A DNA stretch of 64,000 nucleotides from Candidatus Eiseniibacteriota bacterium. Lineage in GTDB: Bacteria; Eisenbacteria; RBG-16-71-46; CAIMUX01; VGJL01. The translations under genes were made by a program, and so were the position numbers. Shown in pieces: positions 26,943 to 36,732 of this stretch (its first letter is position 1; the number at the start of each line of letters is the position of its first letter). Location: positions 102,368 to 166,367 of the forward strand of contig JBHGAY010000002.1 of the NCBI GenBank assembly GCA_041946735.1, given 5' to 3'. The notes beneath the pieces were generated by a model. That model did no database searches. It was given only the letters and a program-made list of their open reading frames with translations, and was not told the DNA's origin.

Positions 26943-28747
26943 CCCTTCTTCTCCTCCGCGCCCCCGGCGTTCCGGCCGGTGCGGCGCAGGTCCTGGAGCA
27001 GCGGCCGCACCTCGCTCGCCTCGTGGCTCTTCGGAAACTTGAGGATCAGGTCCTCGTAGCGGCGCACGACCGCCTCGCTGTCGCCGTACTTCTCGCGCAT
27101 CTTGTCCGCCACGGCGCGAAGGACGGGGGGAGCGGCGAAGCCATCGGCATGCCGCGCCGCGAGGGTGTCCGCGCGGGCCGCGGCCTCGTCCAAGCGGCCG
27201 AGATCGAGGAGCAGGAGGCTCTCCTCGCGAAGAAGATCCTCCTCGGCCGGGCACCGGTCGCACTTGCTCGACGCCTCGCGCACAATCTCGAGTCCGCGAT
27301 CGAAGGAGCCGATGCGGCGCTGGTAGGCGACCTGCCCCAGCGCCGCGCCGGTGACGTCTCCCGATCCCTCGATCCGCGTCAGCAGGAGAATCCGGTCGAG
27401 CGCGTCGTTCACCCGCGTTCCGCCCTCGAACTCCTTGACGATCCGTTCGTAGAGCGCCTTCGCCTCCTCCGTCTTGCCGGAATAGAAGAGAATCTCCGCC
27501 TGCTGGAAGACCGCCTCCTCCTTGCCGGCCGGATCGCTCGCCTGCTCCTCGATGCCGTGGAGCGCCTGGCGCGCCTCTTCGTAACGGCCGGCCGCAAGCT
27601 GCATCTCGGCGAGCGCGAGACGGGCTTTCGCGAGGCGCGCGGAAGCATCGGGAGTCCGGGCGTTCTGCAGCAGCGAGACGATTTCCTGATAGGCGGCCGC
27701 CGCGCGCTCCGCGTCGTGCTGTTCGTCCGCGAGCATGCGGGCGCGCTGCTCGAGAGCGGTGAACGCCTGCCGTCCGCGTGGGAAGCTGTCGTACGCCTGG
27801 CGGAACGCGGCGTCCGCTTCGGGATAGCGCTGGAGGCGGCGAAGGGCGGAGGCGCGGTAGATCTGCGCCTGCTGCAGGTCCTCGCCGGAGAGGCCGAGCG
27901 AGGCTGCCAGATCGGCCGCGCGGAGGACCGGCTCCTTCATCTCGCGCTCATCCAGCAGCGCGAGGTGCGAGAGCATCACCTTCCCTTTCGCGCCGCGCAC
28001 CTCGTCGAGCCGCTTCGCCTCGTCGATCGATTCGTCGGCGCGGCCCAGGAACAGGAGCGCCGCGACGAGAAGCTCACGCAGCGACGGCTCCTCCGGCCTC
28101 TTCTCGATCTCCGCGCGCAGGGGAGGCAGCGCCTTCTCGCCTAGCGAGTCGGCGCGGATCAGCGACTCCATCTCGTCGCGCACCCAGACGCCGGCGGCGC
28201 CGCCGCGGCGGTGGATCTCGAGGCAGACGGAGAAGGCCTCCTCCGGATGGTGCGCCTCGCGCGCGACGCGCTCCAACTCGACGAGGAGCGGAGTCGGATC
28301 GCCTCCGGCCTCGATCCGCTCGTCGGCCGCCTTGCGGTAGAGCGCGCGCGCCTCGTCGAGACGCCCCATCTTGCGCAGGCAGGTTCCCTCGAGGAGCCGC
28401 AGGTCGGGATTGTCGGGGAACTGCTCCTTCAGGGTCTCGATCAGCCGGTACGCCTGCTCGAACTTCTCCTGCCGCATGAGGACCTGAACGTCCCGCATGC
28501 CCCGCTCGACGGTGATGCGAGGGATGGGAGCCTGCGAGCCGCTCGGGGGCGGCGCGGGCCGGCCCGGCGAAGGGATGGTGACCGCGGGCGGCTGCGGGCG
28601 GCGGTCGTCCTGCGGCCGGCCGTCCTGCGGCCGGCCGTCCTGCGCGAGCGCCGCCGAGAGGGCGAGCGAGAGCGCGAGTGAGAGCGGGAGCGGGAGCAGA
28701 AGCAGGATGGAGGCGCGAAGCGCCCGCGGGATCGCCCGGCGCCTCAC
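26939..28747 (-). CDS. secreted tetratricopeptide-repeat protein
   Basis: The GTG start at 28747 overlaps the upstream stop (GTGA). The signal peptide is VRRRAIPRALRASILLLLPLPLSLALSLALSAALAQ, followed by (DGRPQ)x2. There are many TPR-like helical hairpins. ORF-track residues 1-741 are junk. Confidence 0.7.
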   Translation of the reverse strand: MRRRAIPRALRASILLLLPLPLSLALSLALSAALAQDGRPQDGRPQDDRRPQPPAVTIPSPGRPAPPPSGSQAPIPRITVERGMRDVQVLMRQEKFEQAYRLIETLKEQFPDNPDLRLLEGTCLRKMGRLDEARALYRKAADERIEAGGDPTPLLVELERVAREAHHPEEAFSVCLEIHRRGGAAGVWVRDEMESLIRADSLGEKALPPLRAEIEKRPEEPSLRELLVAALLFLGRADESIDEAKRLDEVRGAKGKVMLSHLALLDEREMKEPVLRAADLAASLGLSGEDLQQAQIYRASALRRLQRYPEADAAFRQAYDSFPRGRQAFTALEQRARMLADEQHDAERAAAAYQEIVSLLQNARTPDASARLAKARLALAEMQLAAGRYEEARQALHGIEEQASDPAGKEEAVFQQAEILFYSGKTEEAKALYERIVKEFEGGTRVNDALDRILLLTRIEGSGDVTGAALGQVAYQRRIGSFDRGLEIVREASSKCDRCPAEEDLLREESLLLLDLGRLDEAAARADTLAARHADGFAAPPVLRAVADKMREKYGDSEAVVRRYEDLILKFPKSHEASEVRPLLQDLRRTGRNAGGAEEKKG

Positions 28748-31700
28748 TGTCCGCCGCCCTCCTGCAGCGCCCGGAAGTACTCGTCGACGATGCGGCGGAA
28801 GTCGCCCGGGATCGGATCCTGCGAGCCTTTCAGGATCCCGCGACGGAGGCGCTCCGCGGCCGTGAGGGTCGAGGACACGGGGGGAGGCGAGATCGGGTTC
28901 TCTGCGTCGATCCCGGTGCGCGAGCGCCGTTGCTCCTCGAAGTCCTGCCGGCGCACGCTGCGCTGCGCGGTCAGCAGGCGGCTCAGGATCTTCTCCTGCC
29001 TGTCGAGGATCCGCGGATCGACGTTCTTCTCGCGCATCTCCTTGACGACATCCTCCATCTCTTCGCCGAGGTCTCCCAGCCGGCCGAGGACGTCCTTGCG
29101 ATCCTGCATCGACTGCGCGAGATCCTGCAGCCCGGCGCGAATCTGCATCTGTCGCGCCGCGAGCTGCTCCATCCGTCCAGAGCCGTCCTGCGGGAGCCTC
29201 CCTCCCTGCATCTGGCTCATCGCGTCCTGCGTTTCCTGATTGAGTCCCTGCTGCTGGCTCGTCAGTCCCTGCATCTGCTGCATCGGATTCGGATTGTTGC
29301 AGGAGGAGGACGAGGAGCACATGCTCTGGTTCGATTCGAGCAGGCTCGCGACCGCCATGTCGATCGACGTCCCGGTCTGGCGGCCCAGCGTGACACCGCC
29401 GGTCCGCTGCCCGGTTTCGAACGCGTTGGTCGCGTCGCCGAGCTTCTGAAGGATCTCGCCGAGCATCTTCGCCTGTGCCCCGGTGATGAACGGCGTTTGC
29501 CGCGCGATCGCGTAGATCTCGGAGACCACGTCGGAGACGGAGCGCTCGATCCGGTTTTGCTCGACCGCCAGGTCCCGCGTGCTCTTCTGCGCCGCTCCCT
29601 CGACCAGCGATTCCTGGCTCTTGGAGAGATCGACCAGGTCGCCGGCGAGGGCGAGCAGCTTGCGCGACAGCTCCTCGGTCATCGACTGGTTCATCTGCTG
29701 CTGCATCTGGCGCATCTGATCGGCGAACTGCTGGATCTGGCTCTTCGCCTTCTTCCCGGAGCGCATCGCCCCCCGCCGGTTGTTCTTGCCCATGCACATC
29801 TTGCCCGACTGCATCTCTTCGGACGCGGACTGCAGGGCCTGCTGCGCCTGCTGCCCCTGCGGGCTCTCCAGGTTCTGCTCCATCTGGGGATGGCTCTTCT
29901 CGGCGAGCTTCGACAGCTCCTCCATCTGCTTGCGGAGCTCGGCGAGCTCCTTCTGCAGCGCCTCCTGCTGCTCGGCGAGCTTCTGCGCCTCCTCGGGACT
30001 CATCGACGCCGTCGAGTCGGGCTTCGAGGAGTCCTGCGGCGTGCCGGCCTGCTGATTGAGCTGCTCCTGCTCCTTCGCGAGCTGCTCGGCTCGCCGGATC
30101 GCCTCGTCGAGCTTCTCCTCCGCCAGCATCTTCTCGAGCATCGCGATCGTCCGGTCGAGCCCCTGCTCGATCGCCTGCTGGGTGAGCTTCATCTTCTCGA
30201 GCGCCTTCTGCACCTCCTTCGGATCGAGGGAGCGCATCGCCTCGCGCATCTGCTCGAGCATGTTGTGGAACTCGGGGCTCTGGATCTCGCGCATCATCTC
30301 CTGGATCCGCGCGATCTTCTCGACGATCTCCGGGCTGAAGAGCTGCCCTTGCTGCATCCGGTCCATCTGGCGGTCCATCGCGGTCGCCATCTGGTCCATC
30401 TTCTGCAGGATCTCCTCCTGCTTCTGGAGGAACTGCTCCATCTCGTTCTTCTGGTCCCAGTCGATCGCCTGGTCGCGCCGCATCTCGCGCGACATGTCCT
30501 CGAGCTCCTTGCGGAGGTCGACCTGCTTGTCGAGCGATTCGCGCAGATCCTCGAGGCCCTCGTGCCGCTCCTGCTCCTGCTGCGCGTACATCTGCTCGAG
30601 GGTCGGGAAGCGGATCGAGTACTCCGGCGAGACGGTCGTCTTCGGTCCGCTCACCGCGTCGTTGTCGGTCAGCTCCAGGTGGTAGCGGATCTCGTCGCCC
30701 GGCGTGAGCGCGATCTCCTCGAGGTTCCACGGGTAGGCGACGCGCGCTTCGGTCTCGCTCTGCCACCGGGTGAGAGAGATCCGGGAGGATGGTTGATCGT
30801 TGCGGTGATAGACGAGGTCGAGCTTGCGGATCCCGAAGTCGTCCGCGCAGTCCGCCTCGACGACGACTCGCATCTCGGGGGGAAGATCGACCTGCTCGCC
30901 CGGACCGACGAGGAAGAGGCTCGGCATCCGGTCGGGGATCGGATCGATCCGGAACGACTCCGACGTCCACGCGGCGCTTCGCTCTGCGCCGCCATCGCTT
31001 CCCGACAGTTCGACGCGGAACTGGTCCGCCTCGCGCACCGGGACCTTCGCCGACAGCACCCCTTCCTCGCCCGCCTCGAGCGGGATCGTCCGGCCGGAGT
31101 CGAACCGCAAGCGTCCGCGCGCGTCGGGACGGCTCACGGCGACCAGCAGCTGCGCGTCGCTCCCCTTCAGCGCGGCGATCGAGGCATGCGGGGAGAGCTC
31201 CTTCTCCGGAGCGAGCCCCGTGTAGTCGGGGAAGCGGATCCGCTTCTCGTAGCCGGTCGCGCGGTACGGCTCCTGCACCGCGACCCGGTAGGTGCGGGAG
31301 CGATGCCGATCGAGGGAAACCATGTACTCCGTCTCGGCCTGGACATCGGCGAGCGTCGCGAGGAACTCGGTCCCCACGTCCGCCTGCATCGGCAGGCGCG
31401 ACCAGGCGCTCCCCCCCGTGCGGTAGAAGAGGGCCGGTGCGCCTTCGAGGCCGACGAGGCGCGCGCGCACCGGCAGCGAGGCGCCGCGCAGGATCGAGGC
31501 GTCCCCGGGCGTGACGAGGATCTCGCTGCTGTCGATCGCCACGGCGCGTCCCGGATGCAGGATCTGCGCCGCCCCGCGCGTGACCGCCTGCGGAGCGAGC
31601 GCCGCGAGCAGGAGGATCGCGACGAGCGCGCCGCCCGCCTGGGCGAGGGGAACCGACAGGGTGCGCGAGCGAGCGAGATCACGGTAACGGATCGAGGCCG

Positions 31701-32103
31701 CCGCATCCTCGCCGCGGCGCAGGACCTCCGCGGCGACGTCGCGCGCCAGCGGATCCTCCAGGCTCGACGCCTTGCGGCCGAGCTGCAGCGCATTGATCAG
31801 CTCGTTCTTCGCGAGTCCCGCCCGCCTCTCGACCTCCAGGATGAAGGCGCCGAACGGCAGGTGACGCTGCAAGCCGAAGCGCACGGCGCGAACGACACCG
31901 CCGGCGATCCCGGCCACCGCGATCGCCGGGACGATCCACGAGGCGGCGCGCCCGTTGCCGAGTAGCCATCCGAGCAGCAGCGCGACCAAGAGGGCCGGCA
32001 AGACGATCGCGGCGGCCAGCGACGCCGCTTCGAGAGCCCGCCGCGCGCGGAACGCCGCGTAGCCGCGTCGCAGGGTGCGCAGGAGTCGAACGTGCAGCTC
32101 CAT
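28744..32103 (-). CDS. large membrane protein with N-terminal TM helices and an extended Met/Gln/Glu-rich coiled coil (DUF4175-like)
   Basis: The 1119-aa protein has TM segments AAAIVLPALLVALLLGWLLG, WIVPAIAVAGIAGGVV and GGALVAILLLAALAP. About 400 aa are heptad-like, Q/E/M/K-rich (QMREAMRSLDPKEVQKALEKMKLTQQAIEQ...). A Cys/Ser/Asn tract SMCSSSSSCNNPNPMQQMQ is present. Confidence 0.7.
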   Translation of the reverse strand: MELHVRLLRTLRRGYAAFRARRALEAASLAAAIVLPALLVALLLGWLLGNGRAASWIVPAIAVAGIAGGVVRAVRFGLQRHLPFGAFILEVERRAGLAKNELINALQLGRKASSLEDPLARDVAAEVLRRGEDAAASIRYRDLARSRTLSVPLAQAGGALVAILLLAALAPQAVTRGAAQILHPGRAVAIDSSEILVTPGDASILRGASLPVRARLVGLEGAPALFYRTGGSAWSRLPMQADVGTEFLATLADVQAETEYMVSLDRHRSRTYRVAVQEPYRATGYEKRIRFPDYTGLAPEKELSPHASIAALKGSDAQLLVAVSRPDARGRLRFDSGRTIPLEAGEEGVLSAKVPVREADQFRVELSGSDGGAERSAAWTSESFRIDPIPDRMPSLFLVGPGEQVDLPPEMRVVVEADCADDFGIRKLDLVYHRNDQPSSRISLTRWQSETEARVAYPWNLEEIALTPGDEIRYHLELTDNDAVSGPKTTVSPEYSIRFPTLEQMYAQQEQERHEGLEDLRESLDKQVDLRKELEDMSREMRRDQAIDWDQKNEMEQFLQKQEEILQKMDQMATAMDRQMDRMQQGQLFSPEIVEKIARIQEMMREIQSPEFHNMLEQMREAMRSLDPKEVQKALEKMKLTQQAIEQGLDRTIAMLEKMLAEEKLDEAIRRAEQLAKEQEQLNQQAGTPQDSSKPDSTASMSPEEAQKLAEQQEALQKELAELRKQMEELSKLAEKSHPQMEQNLESPQGQQAQQALQSASEEMQSGKMCMGKNNRRGAMRSGKKAKSQIQQFADQMRQMQQQMNQSMTEELSRKLLALAGDLVDLSKSQESLVEGAAQKSTRDLAVEQNRIERSVSDVVSEIYAIARQTPFITGAQAKMLGEILQKLGDATNAFETGQRTGGVTLGRQTGTSIDMAVASLLESNQSMCSSSSSCNNPNPMQQMQGLTSQQQGLNQETQDAMSQMQGGRLPQDGSGRMEQLAARQMQIRAGLQDLAQSMQDRKDVLGRLGDLGEEMEDVVKEMREKNVDPRILDRQEKILSRLLTAQRSVRRQDFEEQRRSRTGIDAENPISPPPVSSTLTAAERLRRGILKGSQDPIPGDFRRIVDEYFRALQEGGGQ

Positions 32104-32137
32104 CAGGGCTTCCTCCTCGTCCGGCCGCCGCCGTCTG

Positions 32138-32821
32138 TCATCGCGTCAAGGCGTATACGACCACGTTGATCGCCATCCGCATCGCCTGCTCGCGCTTCTC
32201 CGGCGGATCGTTGTGCACCTCGGGATCCTCGATCCCATCTCCGATATCGGACTGGTAGGTGTAGTAGACCATCAGCCTGTTGCCATCGAAGATCCCGAGC
32301 CCCTCGGCCGGTTTCCCGTCGTGTTCGTGGATCTTCGGGGGACCCTTCGGGAAGTCGTAGAAGGAATGGTAGATCGGGTGGCGGAACGGAACAGGGGTGA
32401 GCTTGCGGTCGGGGAAGACGCGGGCGATCTCCCTCCGGAAGCTCTCGTCCATCCCGTAGTTGTCGTCAGCGAAGAGGAAGCCGCCGTTCTCGAGATAGCG
32501 GCGCAGCCGCTCCACCTCGGCGTCGCTCCACCTCACGTTGCCGTGTCCGTTCATATAAAGGAACGGATGCTGGAAGAGATCCGGGTCGAGGATCGACACC
32601 CGGTCCTCATCCATTCGTTCGATCGCCACCGGGGTGCGGTCACGCAGCGCGCGCGCCAGGTTCGGCAGGCTCGAGGGGTTGCTGTACCAGTCGCCTCCCC
32701 CGTCGTACTTCATGCGGGCCAGAACGAAGCCGGTCGGGGCTTCGGCCGCCGACCGGTCCAGGATCCCGGAGCCCGGGATCCCGACGATGAGCAGGAGAAC
32801 GAACGAGAGGATTCTGCGCAT
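32138..32821 (-). CDS. DUF4159-like secreted protein
   Basis: Signal peptide MRRILSFVLLLIVGIPGSG. Motifs are YDGGGDWYSNPSSLPNL, HPFLYMNGHGNVRWSDAEVERLRRYLENGGFLFADDNYG. The family name is from memory. Confidence 0.65.
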   Translation of the reverse strand: MRRILSFVLLLIVGIPGSGILDRSAAEAPTGFVLARMKYDGGGDWYSNPSSLPNLARALRDRTPVAIERMDEDRVSILDPDLFQHPFLYMNGHGNVRWSDAEVERLRRYLENGGFLFADDNYGMDESFRREIARVFPDRKLTPVPFRHPIYHSFYDFPKGPPKIHEHDGKPAEGLGIFDGNRLMVYYTYQSDIGDGIEDPEVHNDPPEKREQAMRMAINVVVYALTR

Positions 32822-32999
32822 CCACGCCTCGAAGGGGTAAGAAACCCGGGGTGTCAGCGCAGTTCCTTCCGCCGCCGCGATCCCCGGCTGCAACGGAGTC
32901 TAGCAGAGCTTCGGCGGCAAGATCCGAAGGATCGATCCTTCGCCAGGGCGGCTCCCCCGGTGGCCGGAGCCACCGCGGCGCCCGCCCCGGACGGATCGG

Positions 33000-33947
33000 T
33001 CAGGCCTTCAGCTTGGTGGCGCGCGTGTCGGCGGCCGCCTTGCGGCGCTCCGAGGCGAGGGTCATATCCAGGGCGAGCGCCGACGCCACGAAGACGGAGG
33101 AATAGGTGCCGAACCCGACGCCGATCAGCATCGCGAAGGCGAAGTCGTGGATCACCCGCCCGCCCATGAAGAGCAGCGCCTCGATCGTGAAGATCACCGT
33201 CAGCCCCGTGATGATCGTGCGGCCCAGGGTCTGGTTGATCGCGAGATCGAACAGGGCCGCGTCCGGCGCCCGCCCGCTCCCCTTCAGCCTCTCGCGGATC
33301 CGGTCGAAGACGACGATCGTGTCGTTGATCGAATATCCGCCGATCGTCAGCAGGGCCGCGATGATCGGGATCGTGATCTCCTTGTTCGTGAAGGAAATGA
33401 ACGAGAGGATCACGAGCGTGTCGTGGGCGAGCGCGGCGACGCCCCCGAGCGCAAACTTGAACTCGTAACGGACCCCGACGTAGATCAGGATTCCGGCCAG
33501 CGACAGCAAAACCGCCCACAACGCCTTGCCCCGAAGCTCCTTGCCGACCCGCGGACCGACGACCTCCTCACGAAGCAGATCGCTCTTGATGCCTGGGAAA
33601 TCGGCCTGGATGGCCTCGGCCATCTTCTCCGACGGAGCCTTCTCTCCGGCCTGTCGCTCCTCGCCAGTCGGGATGCGGATCAGGAAGTCCTTGCCTCCCT
33701 CGCTCGACTGGATCTCGGCGTCGGACCATCCTGCATTGGCCAACGACGACCGCAGAGCGTCCGCCTCGAGGGCCCGATCGAAGCGGAACTCGATCAGCGT
33801 GCCACCCGCGAAGTCGACCCCCATCCGGAAGCCACCGTGCGCGATGACCGAGATCGCTCCCGCGAGGATGATCGCGAGAGAGAAGACGTAGGCGTACTTC
33901 CGGTTCTGCATGAACGGGACTCGCGCCCCATGCAACACCTGCAACAT
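33000..33947 (-). CDS. secF: protein translocase subunit SecF
   Basis: 315 aa. The protein reads ...VDFAGGTLIEFRF...SINDTIVVFDRIRE...FGTYSSVFVASALAL. Confidence 0.9.
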   Translation of the reverse strand: MLQVLHGARVPFMQNRKYAYVFSLAIILAGAISVIAHGGFRMGVDFAGGTLIEFRFDRALEADALRSSLANAGWSDAEIQSSEGGKDFLIRIPTGEERQAGEKAPSEKMAEAIQADFPGIKSDLLREEVVGPRVGKELRGKALWAVLLSLAGILIYVGVRYEFKFALGGVAALAHDTLVILSFISFTNKEITIPIIAALLTIGGYSINDTIVVFDRIRERLKGSGRAPDAALFDLAINQTLGRTIITGLTVIFTIEALLFMGGRVIHDFAFAMLIGVGFGTYSSVFVASALALDMTLASERRKAAADTRATKLKA

Positions 33948-33983
33948 GATTCCCCTGCCTCTTTCCCCGGGATCCGGGCCCCG

Positions 33984-35573
33984 TCAGATCGAAATGCTCT
34001 TGGCCTGGCGCCGCGCGAGGAAGGTCTCGAAGATCATCCGCGCAACGAAGACGGCCGTGTACATGTTGGCGATCAGGCCGATTCCGAGCGTGATCGCGAA
34101 TCCCTTGATCGGCCCGGTCCCGAACCGGAAGAGGATGAGCGAGCTGATCAACGTGGTCAGGTTCGAGTCGAGGATCGTCCGCCAGGCTCGATCGAATCCG
34201 TTCTCCACGGCCAAGCGCGACGATTTCCCCGCACGCAGCTCCTCCCGAATTCGTTCGAACACGAGGATGTTCGCGTCGACGGCCATGCCCACCGTCAGCA
34301 CGATCCCCGCGATGCCGGGCATCGTCAGCGTGCCGCGCAGCGCGGCCAGCCCGGCGAAGAGGAAGAACATGTTCAGCAGGAGCGTGAGGACGGCGATCAT
34401 GCCGCTCCCGCGATAGTAGATGAGCATGAACAGGACGACGATGATCGATCCGACGATCCCGGCACGAACGCCGCTGGCGACCGAGTCCTTCCCAAGCGAC
34501 GGGCCCACGGTGCGCTCCTCGACGATCCGGACGGGAGCGGGAAGGGCGCCTGCCCGGAGCACGATTGCCAGGTCCTTCGCCTCGGCGTCGCTGAACCGGC
34601 CGGTGATCTGCGCCTGACCGGTCGGAATGCGGTCCTGGATCACCGGCGCGGAGGCCACCTTGTTGTCGAGGACGATCGCGAGCTGCCGGCCGATGTTCGC
34701 GCCGGTCACCTTGCGGAACGTCGAGGCCCCCTTGTTCGTCATGGTCATCGAGACGCCGGGCGCGTTCGGGTTGCGCGGATCGAGACCGAACTTCATCACC
34801 GCGGTCGAGATCGCCTCTCCCGTCATCTCGGGACGGCGGTTCATCACGAAGAGGATCCGGCCCGTGCGACCCTGCTCGAACTGCTCGGGATCGGAGCTGA
34901 AGCCGATCGAGGCGTCGCGCGGCAGCACCTGATCGAGATCGACGTTGGCCAGGAGCGCCTGGACCTTCGGGAAGTCCTCCTCGAGGATCTCCGCTCCGCC
35001 TTGCGCGAGGTTGGGGTAGTCCCACAGAAGGTCGGTCAAGGGGTTCGCGGCCTGCGTCGAGTCGGGGAGCAAGGAGTCGGGCAGGGCATCGGACCGTCCC
35101 GCGAGGGACCGGTTCAGGCGCTCGATCGCCTGGCGGGCCTCGGCCGGCTGCTTGACGAGCTTGAACTCGAGCACGGCGGTCTGGCCGATCAGCTGCACCG
35201 CGCGGTCCTTGTCGAGGAGACCGGGGAGCTGCACGAGGATGCGGTCTTCCCCTTGCTTCTGGATGATCGGCTCGGCGACGCCGAACTGGTCGATCCGGTT
35301 GCGCAGGACTTCCATGGCCCGGTCGACCGCTTCGGACACCTGGGCTTGCGACGGGAGATTCGTCCGGTCCACCTCGAGCAGCAGGTGCATGCCGCCGACG
35401 AGGTCGAGGCCGAGCTTCAGCGCCTTCGAACGGAGGTTCTTCGCCTCCGGATCCCTGCTCGTATACCGCTCCGAAGCCGGCATGCTGTAGAGCTGGAAGC
35501 TCGGAAGCAGCGAGTAGATCGCGAGCCCCAAGAGCACCGCGAGCAGGACCAACTTCCACGTGTTACTTTTCAT
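33984..35573 (-). CDS. secD: protein translocase subunit SecD
   Basis: The protein reads MKSNTWKLVLLAVLLGLAIYSLLP...LGLDLVGGMHLLLEVD... with the SecD periplasmic and TM domains. ATG at 35573; the ORF track begins 12 codons earlier. Confidence 0.9.
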   Translation of the reverse strand: MKSNTWKLVLLAVLLGLAIYSLLPSFQLYSMPASERYTSRDPEAKNLRSKALKLGLDLVGGMHLLLEVDRTNLPSQAQVSEAVDRAMEVLRNRIDQFGVAEPIIQKQGEDRILVQLPGLLDKDRAVQLIGQTAVLEFKLVKQPAEARQAIERLNRSLAGRSDALPDSLLPDSTQAANPLTDLLWDYPNLAQGGAEILEEDFPKVQALLANVDLDQVLPRDASIGFSSDPEQFEQGRTGRILFVMNRRPEMTGEAISTAVMKFGLDPRNPNAPGVSMTMTNKGASTFRKVTGANIGRQLAIVLDNKVASAPVIQDRIPTGQAQITGRFSDAEAKDLAIVLRAGALPAPVRIVEERTVGPSLGKDSVASGVRAGIVGSIIVVLFMLIYYRGSGMIAVLTLLLNMFFLFAGLAALRGTLTMPGIAGIVLTVGMAVDANILVFERIREELRAGKSSRLAVENGFDRAWRTILDSNLTTLISSLILFRFGTGPIKGFAITLGIGLIANMYTAVFVARMIFETFLARRQAKSISI

Positions 35574-35822
35574 CTCTTCTCCCGCCTCTGGGGCGCCCGA
35601 CGCGTACAAACCACAACAAACAAAGAGGCTAGGCTGTTCCCGCCGAGGGTGTCAATGCAAAACGACGGCGATCGCGGCGCGCTGGCAGCCCCGAAGCGAG
35701 GACGGGCACCTCGATGGTGGGCGGACGGCCTGAATGCCCCGCGAAGCCGGAATCAATCGGACACCCGGCGCCCTAAGCGCGGCGAGCCGAGGGCGCAGCA
35801 ACCCAGCGAGGGGAGCAGGCCA

Positions 35823-35859
35823 AGAGAAAAGGGTGGCCGGTTTGGAGAACCGGCCACCC
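35823..35859 (-). terminator. intrinsic terminator of the OMP-lipoprotein operon
   Basis: A perfect 10-bp stem (gggtggccgg-tttggagaa-ccggccaccc) is followed on the minus strand by UUUUCUCUUG. Confidence 0.6.
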
Positions 35860-35996
35860 GAGAATGGAGGACACCGCCGTCCGGGGACCGGCGGAGCGCA
35901 GAGTCAGGCCAGCGAGGCGGACGGACGCTGGCCGGTCCCGGCCAGCTGCATCTCTCGCTCGCGCTCAGGCCAGGCCGGGCCAGGCTAGGCCGTCGA

Positions 35997-36629
35997 TCAG
36001 GACTGCTGGCGCGCCGCAACGAGACCGATCGGACGGTCCACCCAGCGCACGATTTTCCAGATGTTGCCTGTCTTGGCGAAGTAGAGATCTGCCTGGTCGC
36101 CGCTGACGAGATACCGGAGGTTCTCGCCGCTCTGCGACTGCCGTGTGTCGACGTAGAGGTTGACCCCGGTCAGCTGGACCTTCTGCCAACCCGGATTCAC
36201 GTCGTTGGCCGGCGTCGGCGTCCCGGCGTCGAAGCTCAGCTCGATGGTCTCGGCGATGTAGCCGTCGTGGTTCGGCTCGGACTTGCTGAACATGTTGCGG
36301 GTGGCCACCATTTCGTCGTCGAATCCCCACGACGGCGGGATGTTGTCGTCTCCCCCGACGTCGTTGGGATCGAAGATGTACTCGAAATCGTAGGCGTCCC
36401 CGCCTTGGGAGTGGCCGAGAAGCTTCTCGTATTCATCGGGATTCATCTCGACGTACGCCTTCTTCAGGTTCTGAAGCACGTTGGTGATCGTCGTCTGCTC
36501 CAGATACCCCGTGTTGCCTCCGTCGTCCGGTTTCTTGGAGTCGGTGCTCCACGGACAGCCGGACAGGCCGAACAGCACGGGAAGGAACAGGACGATCAGA
36601 AGGAACTGAGTTGGACGTCGGATTCTCAT
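35997..36629 (-). CDS. lipoprotein, paralog A (unknown function)
   Basis: MRIRRPTQFLLIVLFLPVLFGLSGC carries a lipobox. It shares blocks with the next gene (NLKKAYVEMN vs NLKAATEERV; YFAKTGNIWKIVRW vs YFKQDGLSWLIARW). Confidence 0.6.
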   Translation of the reverse strand: MRIRRPTQFLLIVLFLPVLFGLSGCPWSTDSKKPDDGGNTGYLEQTTITNVLQNLKKAYVEMNPDEYEKLLGHSQGGDAYDFEYIFDPNDVGGDDNIPPSWGFDDEMVATRNMFSKSEPNHDGYIAETIELSFDAGTPTPANDVNPGWQKVQLTGVNLYVDTRQSQSGENLRYLVSGDQADLYFAKTGNIWKIVRWVDRPIGLVAARQQS

Positions 36630-36732
36630 CGGTATCTCTCCTCGGACGCCAGTGTCACCTGTCGAAACCACTCGATTCTAGCACATGGCCATGTCTGTCT
36701 CACGCCCCCGCCGCCGCCCGGATCCACCCGTC

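Noticed and set aside
28678-31965. A 1095-aa plus-strand ORF
   Set aside because: It is antisense to the 1119-aa coiled-coil membrane protein, whose TM helices, heptads and gene coupling are convincing.
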